A stretch of 64,000 bases of DNA from a virus, in the IMG/VR virus record IMGVR_UViG_3300037440_000313, positions 1 to 64,000 of that record, one strand, 5' to 3'. The position numbers and the translations under genes were made by a program. The notes under the pieces were generated by a model. That model had not been told where the DNA came from, searched no databases, and saw only the letters and a program-made list of their open reading frames with translations. Shown here piece after piece: positions 1-8,558 of the stretch (position 1 is its first letter; each line of letters begins with the position of its first letter).

Positions 1-16
1 CTAATCTAAGATATGA

Positions 17-76
17 GCATAACTGGTGCATAACTATGGGGCATATATGTCCCAGGCCATATATGTCCTGGGCCAT
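17..76. repeat. short direct repeats in the leader of the packaging operon
   Basis: GCATAACT at 17-24 and 28-35. The 16-nt unit CATATATGTCCYRGGC occurs twice in tandem (42-57, 58-73; 14/16 identical). The region is non-coding, about 300 nt upstream of the putative terS. Confidence 0.6.
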
Positions 77-116
77 TTAGGGCCCGGAACAAGTAATTTT
101 CCTGTGCGGAACTAAT

Positions 117-132
117 CGCTAAGATCTTAGCG
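117..132. repeat. perfect 16-bp palindrome CGCTAAGA/TCTTAGCG
   Basis: Read directly from the sequence. About one such palindrome is expected by chance in 64 kb, so only its position upstream of the packaging genes makes it notable. Confidence 0.5.
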
Positions 133-284
133 GCTAAGACCCCAAAGAATTTGGTACGATATTTTCAAATCCGGCTGGTCCCTGACTAGTCTGAGAAAAA
201 TTTTGTAGGGTATCGTTACAATCAGACTTGGTCCTTAACTTATCCCTAACATCCTAATCGGTCAAAAAAGCCGATCAAAAGGAG

Positions 285-313
285 TTGATTAGTACAAAAT
301 TCACAGCTATAAT
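285..313 (+). promoter_or_regulatory. sigma70-like promoter of the late/packaging operon
   Basis: TTGATT (285-290), 17-nt spacer, TATAAT (308-313). A second TATAAT lies at 317-322. ATG 366 lies about 50 nt downstream. Confidence 0.55.
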
Positions 314-365
314 CAGTATAATAGGGTAACCCAATGAATCCACAAGTGTAAACGACGAGTAGGCT

Positions 366-1364
366 ATGAACTATATCGCCAAAGCAGACGATGTGATTTC
401 TCCCGACGAGGCGTTGGTTAGTACTCTTAACAGCCTCGCCTCATCTATCCCTGTCAATGAATTTGGGATGATCACGCACATTTACAGGCCCGACTTGATC
501 CCGCACAACCTTGATATCCTCCCGCAAGACGAGCAGTCTCGTATCAAGGCTAATGCCAAAGTCCCCCTGTACTATAATGATGGATTCCCTGCTACTAGAT
601 CTGGAGGCTTATTCTGGGATCGGCTAGAGCATGAAGGTGGTAACGAGTTTATGTTGTTCCGCCAGTACCTGGAGATGAGCCAAGACCATGGGTTCCGGTC
701 CATACAGATCCTCGCGCGTGGGATGGTCCAGCGGCAAGCAGCAAATGCTCGCTACATCCGTGAGCGTCATGAAGGGCCTCCGGAAGAGAATATATTCTTA
801 GACATCGAAGGGCCGTCTAAACAGATCACAGTAGGGCCCCCTCCAAGTGGAGGTGACATCGACGAAGAGATGATGGCCTCCACCCTAGCTTACCTACGTC
901 AAGTCTTCGTAATGTACTTCTGGAGATACAGAGCTGAGGCCTTTGACTTGGTAGGGCAAGCAGCTGTTCGCAAGATCAGGTCATCCCGCGCCATCCTCCT
1001 CGAAGACAAACATTATACTCGAATCACTTCCATGGTTGAGAAGGCTATGGCTAGGTTCGATCGCTTCACCCAAGATGATATGAACAATCTTGACCCCTCT
1101 GACACTACTAAGATCTTGAAAGACCTGATTCAGCTACAGCGTGTCGCGATTGGTCTGCCAGCAGCAGCCCCGTCAGAGCAGCATCTACCCTCGCAAGGTG
1201 AACATGGGGACTCAGTTGAAGACCACCTGCGAGCAATCCACAGACGCCGCAATGCTGACACCCAAAACCTCGGCAAAGAGGACCTTCTCGGAGATGAAGA
1301 CATCGCTGACCTAGCTCAAGAGCTCACTATGCGGATGCTTCGTAGGACCCAAGGCAATGGGTAA
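366..1364 (+). CDS. putative terminase small subunit / packaging DNA-binding protein
   Basis: 332-aa ORF directly upstream of terL. The segment FMLFRQYLEMSQDHGFRSIQILA resembles the HTH region of small terminases. The call is mainly positional. Confidence 0.4.
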   Translation: MNYIAKADDVISPDEALVSTLNSLASSIPVNEFGMITHIYRPDLIPHNLDILPQDEQSRIKANAKVPLYYNDGFPATRSGGLFWDRLEHEGGNEFMLFRQYLEMSQDHGFRSIQILARGMVQRQAANARYIRERHEGPPEENIFLDIEGPSKQITVGPPPSGGDIDEEMMASTLAYLRQVFVMYFWRYRAEAFDLVGQAAVRKIRSSRAILLEDKHYTRITSMVEKAMARFDRFTQDDMNNLDPSDTTKILKDLIQLQRVAIGLPAAAPSEQHLPSQGEHGDSVEDHLRAIHRRRNADTQNLGKEDLLGDEDIADLAQELTMRMLRRTQGNG

Positions 1365-1395
1365 CCTGGTGAAAAGAACAGCGCAACAGCCGCCT

Positions 1396-1490
1396 AAATA
1401 TCTCGCGTCCCGTAAGTGCAGGCAAAACGCAGGTGCTGGAACCCATCATCCGCATCAACTTTTCAATCCCCCATCTGTGAGTGGATCCAC
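1396..1490 (+). repeat. R element copy R1 (intergenic, orientation-locked repeat)
   Basis: Core CATCATCCGCATCAAC..CCCCCATCTGTGAGTGGA (1444-1485). The 5' extension TCTCGCGTCCCGTAAGTGCAGG..ACGCAGGTGC is shared with R2/R3/R4. The element ends 10 nt before the terL ATG at 1496. Confidence 0.7.
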
Positions 1491-1495
1491 ACAAT

Positions 1496-2977
1496 ATGTC
1501 GCTAACCGAAGAACAGCTCAAAAAATACTACAATCCGAAGCTGACACCTGCTACGATGGCTGCTTACCTGGACCCAAAGTGGATCCCGGCGAAGCACCTG
1601 ATGTTCATCAGCAAGAAAATTGCAACGGCGGTGGCCAAAGGCAATGGGCGCATCATTGTTAGTGTACCCCCACGCCATGGTAAGAGCCGTATGCTGTCAA
1701 TTGGGGGCACAACTTGGGTTAACGAGAACTATCCTGACTACAATGTGGGCCTAATCACTTATGGGTTAGCGCTATCTACCGACTTTTCAGGAGCTGTCCG
1801 CGAGCAGATTGAAAGAAACGAGGACAAACTTGACGTTCGAATCCGTAAACGCTCTAACCGAATCGACAAATTTCTCCTAGAAGACCATGAAGGTGGTGTT
1901 TTTGCTGCAGGTCTAGGTGGTGTCCTTACTGGCCGAGGCTTCCATGTAATCTTCCTTGACGACTATATCAAGCAGCTAAAAGAAGCAGTTTCCCCCACAT
2001 ATCGGCAGCAAACTTGGGATTGGTGGGTCACTACTGCGTATACACGTCTGGAGCCGGGTGCTACAGTTGTTATCGTTGCTACAAGATGGCATACAGACGA
2101 CCTCATTGGCCGTATTATTCAAGAGTTCAAAGGCGAGTGGGAGTATATTCGGATCCCTGCAATCGCAGAAGACAACGATCCTATCGGCCGTATGCGCGGA
2201 GAAGCACTGTTTCCTGAGCGATATGACATCGATGCCCTGAATGGTATCAAGAGATTGCTCGGATCCTTCTGGTTTTCTGCCATTTACCAGCAGAATCCGA
2301 AGGATGACGAGTCTGCAATGGCCAATAAGGAGTGGCTCCAGTACACTGGCAATATGCCTCACCCAGCGCACCTAAAGTGGGCTAGAATCTGGGATTTTGC
2401 TGGTCTTAAGGACGCTGGAGACTACAGTTGCGGGCTATTGATGGGTGCAGATGTTCCTAACTCACGTGCATATATTGCCGATGTTGTGCGCGGGCAATGG
2501 TCACCTGACCGACTTGATAAGATATTTGAGGAGACTGCCAAAGCTGACAGTCCTGAAATTCCTATCGTCATTGGCCGAGAGCCAGGAGCCTCAGGCCTAA
2601 TTACTACAAACCACTTCAAGAAGCTATTAGGGCCGCAATTTAGGATCCGAGACGTTCCTGAGCTACAAAATAAGGTCACTAAGGCGCATGGCATGCTTGC
2701 TGGTGCGGAACGGGGTGATCTAATCCTTAAATATGCGCCATGGAATGAGGCCTTCGCTGACGAGTTTGATTCTATTCCCGACGGTGAGCATGACGATCAG
2801 ATAGATTGTGCTGCTATCGGATGGAACGAACTGATTGGCGTTCCTAAAATTAGTGCCGTCTGGGGGCGTAGTAACGCTGCCCCAGATAGTACGCAGCAAA
2901 ATACTCCTGCAAGAAGCTCTGGAGGAGTTATCTGGGGCAAACGGAAATCGGGACTTGTTGTCCCTATCAAAAGGTAG
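1496..2977 (+). CDS. terL: terminase large subunit
   Basis: Start taken as ATG 1496 (the track ORF opens at GTG 1481 inside R1). Walker A-like VPPRHGKS, Walker B VIFLDDY, and ATRWHTDDL are present, with an acidic C-terminal nuclease half. It lies immediately before the portal gene. Confidence 0.85.
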   Translation: MSLTEEQLKKYYNPKLTPATMAAYLDPKWIPAKHLMFISKKIATAVAKGNGRIIVSVPPRHGKSRMLSIGGTTWVNENYPDYNVGLITYGLALSTDFSGAVREQIERNEDKLDVRIRKRSNRIDKFLLEDHEGGVFAAGLGGVLTGRGFHVIFLDDYIKQLKEAVSPTYRQQTWDWWVTTAYTRLEPGATVVIVATRWHTDDLIGRIIQEFKGEWEYIRIPAIAEDNDPIGRMRGEALFPERYDIDALNGIKRLLGSFWFSAIYQQNPKDDESAMANKEWLQYTGNMPHPAHLKWARIWDFAGLKDAGDYSCGLLMGADVPNSRAYIADVVRGQWSPDRLDKIFEETAKADSPEIPIVIGREPGASGLITTNHFKKLLGPQFRIRDVPELQNKVTKAHGMLAGAERGDLILKYAPWNEAFADEFDSIPDGEHDDQIDCAAIGWNELIGVPKISAVWGRSNAAPDSTQQNTPARSSGGVIWGKRKSGLVVPIKR

Positions 2978-2984
2978 AACTGCC

Positions 2985-4355
2985 ATGAATGAGGTACCAC
3001 CGAACAAATTCTCTGCTGTTGCCAAGCTGTCAGCAATGACTTCTGCTGTAATTAGCCGGATGAACTTCCTTAATCGTGCAGGTTTAACCCACGAAGGAGC
3101 TCGTGATCTCTGGACAGTCTTTGGCTATCAGACACAGCTAGCGCCAGAAGACTTATATCTTAAGTACAGGCGCCAAGACATTGCAAAGGTTGTTGTCGAA
3201 GCCCCTGCAGATGCTATCTGGACACGCCCTCCAACAGTAAATGCTGATGAAGCCTTCCTATCTAAGTGGAAGGAGATCATCAAGGAACACAACCTGTGGT
3301 CAATATTCAATCGCATCGATAATATGCTGGGATACAGCAGGTACGCTATCATGTTGATTGGTATCAACGACAATCAGAAGCTCGATCAACCCGCACGTAC
3401 AACTTCTAATACGAAGATTACATACATCCAGCCTTTCAGCGAGCTATCCGTGCAGATCGCTGAGTACAATGTTGATGAAGCCTCTCCTCGGTTTGGGCTG
3501 CCTCTGTACTATAACCTGCGTATCAATGAGACAGATGTGTCATCCAATGCCAGGAGAACTTCTATTAATGCCCCTAGAGTGTCATCCAGGATACATTATT
3601 CTCGGGTGGTACATATCGCTGATGGTATCGTCGAAGATGTTGTCTTCGGACGCCCTCGCCTAGAGCCTGTGTATAACAACCTTGTCGATCTTCTCAAAAC
3701 TGTAGGGGGTTCTGCAGAAACTTTCTGGTTGACTGCCAATCGCGGCATGCAGATTGATATCGACAAAGACATGCAGCTTGCTCCTGAAGACGAGGAAGCA
3801 CTGGAGGACGAACTTAACGAGCATTACCATAACTTGAGGCGCTATATCAGAACACGCGGTGTTAAAATCACAGAGCTCGGTTCAAAAGTGGCAGACCCAT
3901 CGCAGTCAGTAATGACAATCATTGCAATGATCGCAGCCACTGCACGTATTCCTCAGCGCCTGCTGATGGGGTCTGAAGCGGGTCAGCTAGCATCTGAGCA
4001 AGATCGTGCCAACTGGGCTGAACGTGTTGGTGAACGTCGCAATAAGTTTGCAGAGCCTTATGCGATCTTGCCTACGATGCATAGGTTTCAAGCACTAAAG
4101 TTCTTACCACTTACAAGCAGTCTTCAGTTCGAATGGCCAGAAGCATTCATTCTTGGCCCTCTCGAACGTGCTCAAACCTCTGCACAAAAAGCGCGTTCAG
4201 CAGCAAATCTATCCCGAGTCTTGTCAGACCAGAAAGAGCGGGAAGATGAGTTTATCTCAATCGAGGAGGCCCGATCGATTGTAGGCTTTGGTGATGAGAC
4301 TAAGATCCTTGAGACTACTGTGATTGAGGATTCCGGAGTTAGCTCGCCACGCTAA
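2985..4355 (+). CDS. portal protein (DUF1073-like)
   Basis: ATG 2985 follows AAGGTAG, 8 nt after the terL stop (the track ORF opens at 2835). The size is about 456 aa. YRRQDIAKVVVEAPADAIW resembles the N-terminal portal motif. Gene order is terL-portal. Confidence 0.8.
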   Translation: MNEVPPNKFSAVAKLSAMTSAVISRMNFLNRAGLTHEGARDLWTVFGYQTQLAPEDLYLKYRRQDIAKVVVEAPADAIWTRPPTVNADEAFLSKWKEIIKEHNLWSIFNRIDNMLGYSRYAIMLIGINDNQKLDQPARTTSNTKITYIQPFSELSVQIAEYNVDEASPRFGLPLYYNLRINETDVSSNARRTSINAPRVSSRIHYSRVVHIADGIVEDVVFGRPRLEPVYNNLVDLLKTVGGSAETFWLTANRGMQIDIDKDMQLAPEDEEALEDELNEHYHNLRRYIRTRGVKITELGSKVADPSQSVMTIIAMIAATARIPQRLLMGSEAGQLASEQDRANWAERVGERRNKFAEPYAILPTMHRFQALKFLPLTSSLQFEWPEAFILGPLERAQTSAQKARSAANLSRVLSDQKEREDEFISIEEARSIVGFGDETKILETTVIEDSGVSSPR

Positions 4356-4361
4356 AAGGAC

Positions 4362-4457
4362 CAAAAATCGCGCGTACCCGTAACTAAGGAAGATCACGGG
4401 TGCGCGCGCAGGTGCCCATCATCCACGTCAACTGTGTTTCTCCCCATAAGTGGAGGA
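4362..4457 (+). repeat. R element copy R2 (13-bp GC hairpin plus conserved core)
   Basis: Hairpin 4369-4381/4396-4408 (13 bp including one G-T). Core CATCATCCACGTCAACTGTGTTTCTCCCCATAAGTGGAGGA (4417-4457). It starts 7 nt after the portal stop, and no start codon follows it. Confidence 0.75.
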
Positions 4458-4525
4458 TCCCAAGCAGGCTTTGTGCCCAATTCCGGCTAATTCCAAATTT
4501 CTTTTGAGCTACCTTAAGTTTCCTG

Positions 4526-4554
4526 TTGACATGCCATTAAGCATCCGTTATAAT
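4526..4554 (+). promoter_or_regulatory. perfect-consensus sigma70 promoter inside the late arm
   Basis: TTGACA (4526-4531), 17-nt spacer, TATAAT (4549-4554). It lies 87 nt upstream of ATG 4641. Confidence 0.6.
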
Positions 4555-4640
4555 AAAGGGAAGATAAAGAGCAAGGGCACCAAGTGCGTTGTACCTGCAA
4601 GGTCCAGTAACGTAGTAACGCATCGTAGGAATCAGGCGTT

Positions 4641-6377
4641 ATGCACAAGCAGTTTCGTGTATTCAGATCAGGGGTAGATGTGAATAGCGATACTCGCGGG
4701 TGTTTTGTTACACTTACGGGGGAAATAGCCACAGGAGAGATCCGCGCCGCAAAAATGCAAGAGCGCGATTATGTCGTGGTGCCTGTCGTAGCCTTAGTTG
4801 AAGGAGTACTATTCGGCCAGAACTCAGAATCGCCAGAACTAGCGCTGGCAGCCGTCTTCGGGGCGCAGCTAGAGGGATGGAACGGGCGTCCAGTTGTTAT
4901 GGACCATCCACAACTGGAAAACGGGACGTTCGTAAGTGCCAATGCTCCAGAGATTCAGGATCTCTGGGGCTTTGGGCACATGTTCAATGCTAGGCTAGAA
5001 GACAAGAAGCTGAAAGTCGATGCCTGGCTTGACGTCGCACGAGCTGAGGAGATGGGTGGGGATTTCGAAGAGACCCTCGGTAGGCTTGAAGACGGCGAGA
5101 TGGTAGAAGTTTCAGTAGGTGTCTTTGTCCTACTTGACGAGACTCCTGGGGTTTATAATGGCAAAGAGTATGGTGCTACGTGGATGACTATCGTCCCGGA
5201 TCACTTGGCTCTCTTGCCTAACGGCGTACTAGGAGCATGTTCAAACGCTACAGGATGTGGGGCACCTCGAGTCAACTCAGAAGGAAGTGACATGTCAGCC
5301 CGTATATCTCCTCGCGCAGCACAGCTTACACAGCCTGTAAGACCTCAACAGAATATTCGCCGCCCTAATGTAAATAATAGCAATAGCGACCTTTATCGTA
5401 GGTTTGCAGTTGCTCCCACACCAGTTTCACCTGCAGCTCAGTCGGCCTGTAACTGTGGCGGTGAGACAGATGATTGTTCATGTCACCCAGTGGCGACGAT
5501 CGCTGTACCACCGCCTCCTCCTTCTACAAGCCCAATGGCTGCTAGACCAGTTAGACCGCAAGGATCGCAGGTATTTGTCATGGATGCGGCTGAACTCGCA
5601 AAGCGTATTAGCGCCAATTTCAGCGTGAATGCGCTGCCTCGAGATCGCTTCGACAGTGACATTTATCGCGCAATCTCCAAAGCTGTGCGCAAGACTTATC
5701 GCGATGCATACTGCTTTGGATACACGCAGGATTACGTAGTCTTTGAACAGTATATTGACGGTCAGGGGTACACCTTCTATAAGGTGCCGATTACTGTTAA
5801 TGAAGACATGACGGTGGAATTTACGGGTGAAGCTGTACCCGTAACGCTGGTTACCAGCATTATCGAAGATGGCAACTCTCAGGAGGACTCGAATATGACC
5901 ACGGCTTCAGGCGCTTCCGCCAATGCCCATGAACCCACGGGAGCTGAAGCTGTAGTCGCAGCCAATGCTCCTGCAACTGAAGAGCCTACGACTACAGCGG
6001 AGACCCCTGCACCTACTTCACCGCCAGCACCTTTGGCGGCTGCAGCAGCTGTACAGGATGTATCGGTTGAGGACTATATTGCAAGTGCTCCTCCGGCTAT
6101 TCGTGAAGTGCTGCGGAGCCAGATGGCAGCCAATTCTGAGCGCAAGGATCGCCTTGTCAAAGGGCTGCTGTCGACAAACAGGTGCTCGTTTACCGAATCC
6201 GAACTTCGCGGTATGGAAACAACCACTCTCGAGCGTATTTCTGCACTCGCTCAGGTTGAATCTGCTCCGCTCGCCGCAGACTACTCGGGCAGAGGCGCCC
6301 CTCAGGTACTGTCTCGCGACGAAAACCAGCCGCCACAAGCTCCGCTGGTCTTCGAGAGAGGTCGGAGACAGGCGTAA
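4641..6377 (+). CDS. DUF2213-like prohead protease/scaffolding protein
   Basis: The N-terminal half (..GRPVVMDHP..VEVSVGV..IVPDHLALLP..) resembles DUF2213 proteins found next to DUF1073 portals. The C-terminal half is Pro/Ala-rich and helical, as in scaffolds. Alternative start: ATG 4755. Confidence 0.55.
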   Translation: MHKQFRVFRSGVDVNSDTRGCFVTLTGEIATGEIRAAKMQERDYVVVPVVALVEGVLFGQNSESPELALAAVFGAQLEGWNGRPVVMDHPQLENGTFVSANAPEIQDLWGFGHMFNARLEDKKLKVDAWLDVARAEEMGGDFEETLGRLEDGEMVEVSVGVFVLLDETPGVYNGKEYGATWMTIVPDHLALLPNGVLGACSNATGCGAPRVNSEGSDMSARISPRAAQLTQPVRPQQNIRRPNVNNSNSDLYRRFAVAPTPVSPAAQSACNCGGETDDCSCHPVATIAVPPPPPSTSPMAARPVRPQGSQVFVMDAAELAKRISANFSVNALPRDRFDSDIYRAISKAVRKTYRDAYCFGYTQDYVVFEQYIDGQGYTFYKVPITVNEDMTVEFTGEAVPVTLVTSIIEDGNSQEDSNMTTASGASANAHEPTGAEAVVAANAPATEEPTTTAETPAPTSPPAPLAAAAAVQDVSVEDYIASAPPAIREVLRSQMAANSERKDRLVKGLLSTNRCSFTESELRGMETTTLERISALAQVESAPLAADYSGRGAPQVLSRDENQPPQAPLVFERGRRQA

Positions 6378-6438
6378 TCTAGCTTATATTACGCTTAGCC
6401 GACCAAGTACAAACTTATTCGTTGCGAGGAAGTAACAA

Positions 6439-7350
6439 ATGGTTAATCCACATACGATCATCCTGAAAGGTCGTCCGGAACGTCGCGAAGAGAATGCTGG
6501 GGGTGCTATTACTCCTGGCCATCTTCTCAAGTATGCTTCTGACGGTGACTTTGAAGTCCACAGCTCTGCTGGTGGACGTGCAGCTCCGATTTTTGCGGGC
6601 GAGAATGAACTCTTCGGAGGCGATATCGATGATGCTTATGCGTCAGGTGATCGCGTCCTTGGCTGGCACTGCGCTCCGGGCGATGAGGTCTATGCGCTGG
6701 TGCCTGCAGCCGCAGCTGCTATTGTCATCGGCGACTATCTCGAGTCTAATGGCGATGGCACTCTTCGCAAGCAAGCTTCGGGGGCTGTCTCGGTTGCTAC
6801 AGGCGCTGTCACTGATGATGATGATGCAGCGTCAAATGGTACACTCGTCTACGTCCACGTCGATGAGAAAACTGAATTTGGTCTACCCGTTGCTCATCTG
6901 GAATCAGTGACTGCTGGCAATGCCAATACTGATTTCGACATTGGGTTGGCTGGTCCCACGATTCGTGTCAATGATGATGATGCTGCATTGACTGGAGGTC
7001 TTCAGCTCTACTTCGACGAGGATGCTGCGAATCCTGACGAGCGCTTCATGTTTATCTCTCCTGATGGGAAGGATCGGTTCGTTATTGCTGAAACAGGCCA
7101 GGCAATTCGGCTGGTACACAATGCTGACGCTGCTACTGACGGTGTTGTAGTCTATATCGACGACAACGGGACTGATGAAGAATTGCGGCTGCTCTTTATC
7201 TCGCCAACGAACGCTGACGGCTCGTACCAGACTGATGATCAAGTAGGTTTAGCTCTTCCTGGAGCAATTCAGCCGGTTGCAGAAGCTTCTGAAGCCGTCA
7301 ACAACTCAGGCGGGGCAACTCCTGCACGCCTTCGTGTAAGGGTGCTCTAA
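6439..7350 (+). CDS. head decoration/cement protein (DUF2190-like N-terminus) with acidic C-terminal repeats
   Basis: The N-terminal ~110 aa (ITPGHLLK..GDRVLGW..GDEVYALV..IGDYLESNGDGTL) fit the DUF2190 pattern. Three acidic repeats follow. It lies between the scaffold and the major capsid gene. Confidence 0.5.
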   Translation: MVNPHTIILKGRPERREENAGGAITPGHLLKYASDGDFEVHSSAGGRAAPIFAGENELFGGDIDDAYASGDRVLGWHCAPGDEVYALVPAAAAAIVIGDYLESNGDGTLRKQASGAVSVATGAVTDDDDAASNGTLVYVHVDEKTEFGLPVAHLESVTAGNANTDFDIGLAGPTIRVNDDDAALTGGLQLYFDEDAANPDERFMFISPDGKDRFVIAETGQAIRLVHNADAATDGVVVYIDDNGTDEELRLLFISPTNADGSYQTDDQVGLALPGAIQPVAEASEAVNNSGGATPARLRVRVL

Positions 7351-7406
7351 ACTCCATCTGGCAGATGGGTAGAGACTGAACATTACATTTTAGGGAAATC
7401 GTAGAA

Positions 7407-8432
7407 ATGGAACATCAAGTGCTTGCCGGTCTGCCAGGTGGTGCGCCAATCCAAATCGACCATCTCGTTCCGAATGAGAACGGTGGGGTCAGTGGATTTG
7501 GAGTTCTGGCGCAGGCCATTCTGGCAAATAAGTTCAATGTCAACCAGCTTCGCACGAATGCAGTACTGCGAAAGGATGAATGGGAGGCGTTGGACACGAC
7601 GCTCATCGACGTTGCTCGTCAGCGCCTCAATGGCGTCGCCGATCTGATGTCCCGTGGCCTGACATACCCTCTCTCGAACGCTCTTGGTATTACGCGCCTG
7701 GAATGGGAAACCATCTCCAACATGACGCCTGCCGAGATTAACATGTCTGGCCTCGCCGAATCCGAATACGACCGCGTCAACTTCGAACTGACTGGCATTC
7801 CGATCCCGATTATCCACAAGGACTTCTGGATCAACGCTCGTGTGTTGGCTGCCTCGCGCAATCTCGGCCAGCCTCTGGATACTACACAGGTTGCACTTGC
7901 AGGACGCCTGGTCTCTGAACGGCTCGAACAGCTGCTCTTCAACGGCGGCTTCTCTGCTGGTGCGCAGGGCACTATCTACGGTTACACGAATCATCCGAAC
8001 CGCAATACAGGTTCTGTTACGGCTTCGTGGACTACTGCGACAGGCGCGCAGATCATTGCTGACGCGATCGAAATGATCGGGGTGGCACACGCTGACTTTA
8101 TGTTCGGCCCGTACATGATCTACATGACTGGTCCTGCATTCGTCAACTGCGCTAATGACTTCAAGACGGAATCCGATCGCACGATTCTCGAGCGGCTGAA
8201 TGTCATTCCTGGCATCGGCGAAGCGAAAGCTTCAGACACGCTCACGTCGACTAATGTTCTGATGATTCAGATGACTCAGGACGTCGTCGACATCATCGAC
8301 GGTATTCAGCCAACGGTTGTCCAGTGGGAAACCAAAGGTGGCATGCAGTTGAACTTCAAGGTCATGACCATCATGGTCCCGCGCACGAAAGCGGATCAGG
8401 AAGGTCAATCGGGGATTGTTCACTACTCGTAA
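7407..8432 (+). CDS. major capsid protein (HK97/encapsulin-like)
   Basis: 341 aa. The LRKDEWEALD..VARQRLNGV.. pattern is typical of encapsulin-like capsid proteins. It follows the scaffold and decoration genes, and a hairpin follows its stop. Confidence 0.8.
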   Translation: MEHQVLAGLPGGAPIQIDHLVPNENGGVSGFGVLAQAILANKFNVNQLRTNAVLRKDEWEALDTTLIDVARQRLNGVADLMSRGLTYPLSNALGITRLEWETISNMTPAEINMSGLAESEYDRVNFELTGIPIPIIHKDFWINARVLAASRNLGQPLDTTQVALAGRLVSERLEQLLFNGGFSAGAQGTIYGYTNHPNRNTGSVTASWTTATGAQIIADAIEMIGVAHADFMFGPYMIYMTGPAFVNCANDFKTESDRTILERLNVIPGIGEAKASDTLTSTNVLMIQMTQDVVDIIDGIQPTVVQWETKGGMQLNFKVMTIMVPRTKADQEGQSGIVHYS

Positions 8433-8489
8433 TTGTAACTCTAATCGGTAGCAGTTTTTAGTATCTCCCTACCGGGTAGTGAACATAAA

Positions 8490-8530
8490 GGCGTCTAATC
8501 TGTAGGTGAGTTCAATTCAGGTTAGACGCC
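8490..8530 (+). terminator. hairpin after the major capsid gene (possible attenuating terminator)
   Basis: GGCGTCTAA (8490-8498) pairs with TTAGACGCC (8522-8530), a 9-bp perfect stem with a 23-nt loop. No clear U-tract follows (TGATTA). Confidence 0.35.
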
Positions 8531-8558
8531 TGATTAACATTAAAGAAGGGAATTTAAC

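Noticed and set aside
4-13. The 10-nt word ATCTAAGATA is present at both 4-13 and 63823-63832, which could suggest terminal repeats.
   Set aside because: Thousands of 10-mer pairs are expected by chance in 64 kb, and the flanks do not extend the match.
42-76. Possible CRISPR-like or longer tandem array at the window start.
   Set aside because: There are only about 2.5 adjacent 16-nt units and no spacers, so this is not a CRISPR array. It is kept only as a short repeat.
4450-4677. 75-aa + strand ORF opening at the GTG inside the R2 core.
   Set aside because: It spans the consensus promoter at 4526-4554, has no RBS and has an implausible composition. The GTG is simply part of the conserved GTGG of the repeat. 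The same applies to the GTG openings at 1481, 17519 and 63075.
7383-8090. Long antisense ORFs in the track opposite well-supported genes. Examples: 7383-8090 opposite the capsid gene, 10305-10820 opposite the OMP, 13935-14498 and 15357-15809 opposite the tape measure, 37090-37992 opposite queC, 31039-31635 and 32464-32934 inside the polymerase, and 28194-28658 inside the RNR.
   Set aside because: Each lies wholly inside a gene that has clear family motifs on the other strand or frame. None has an RBS, and all have odd compositions (Ser/Arg/Cys-rich). I treat them as shadow ORFs.
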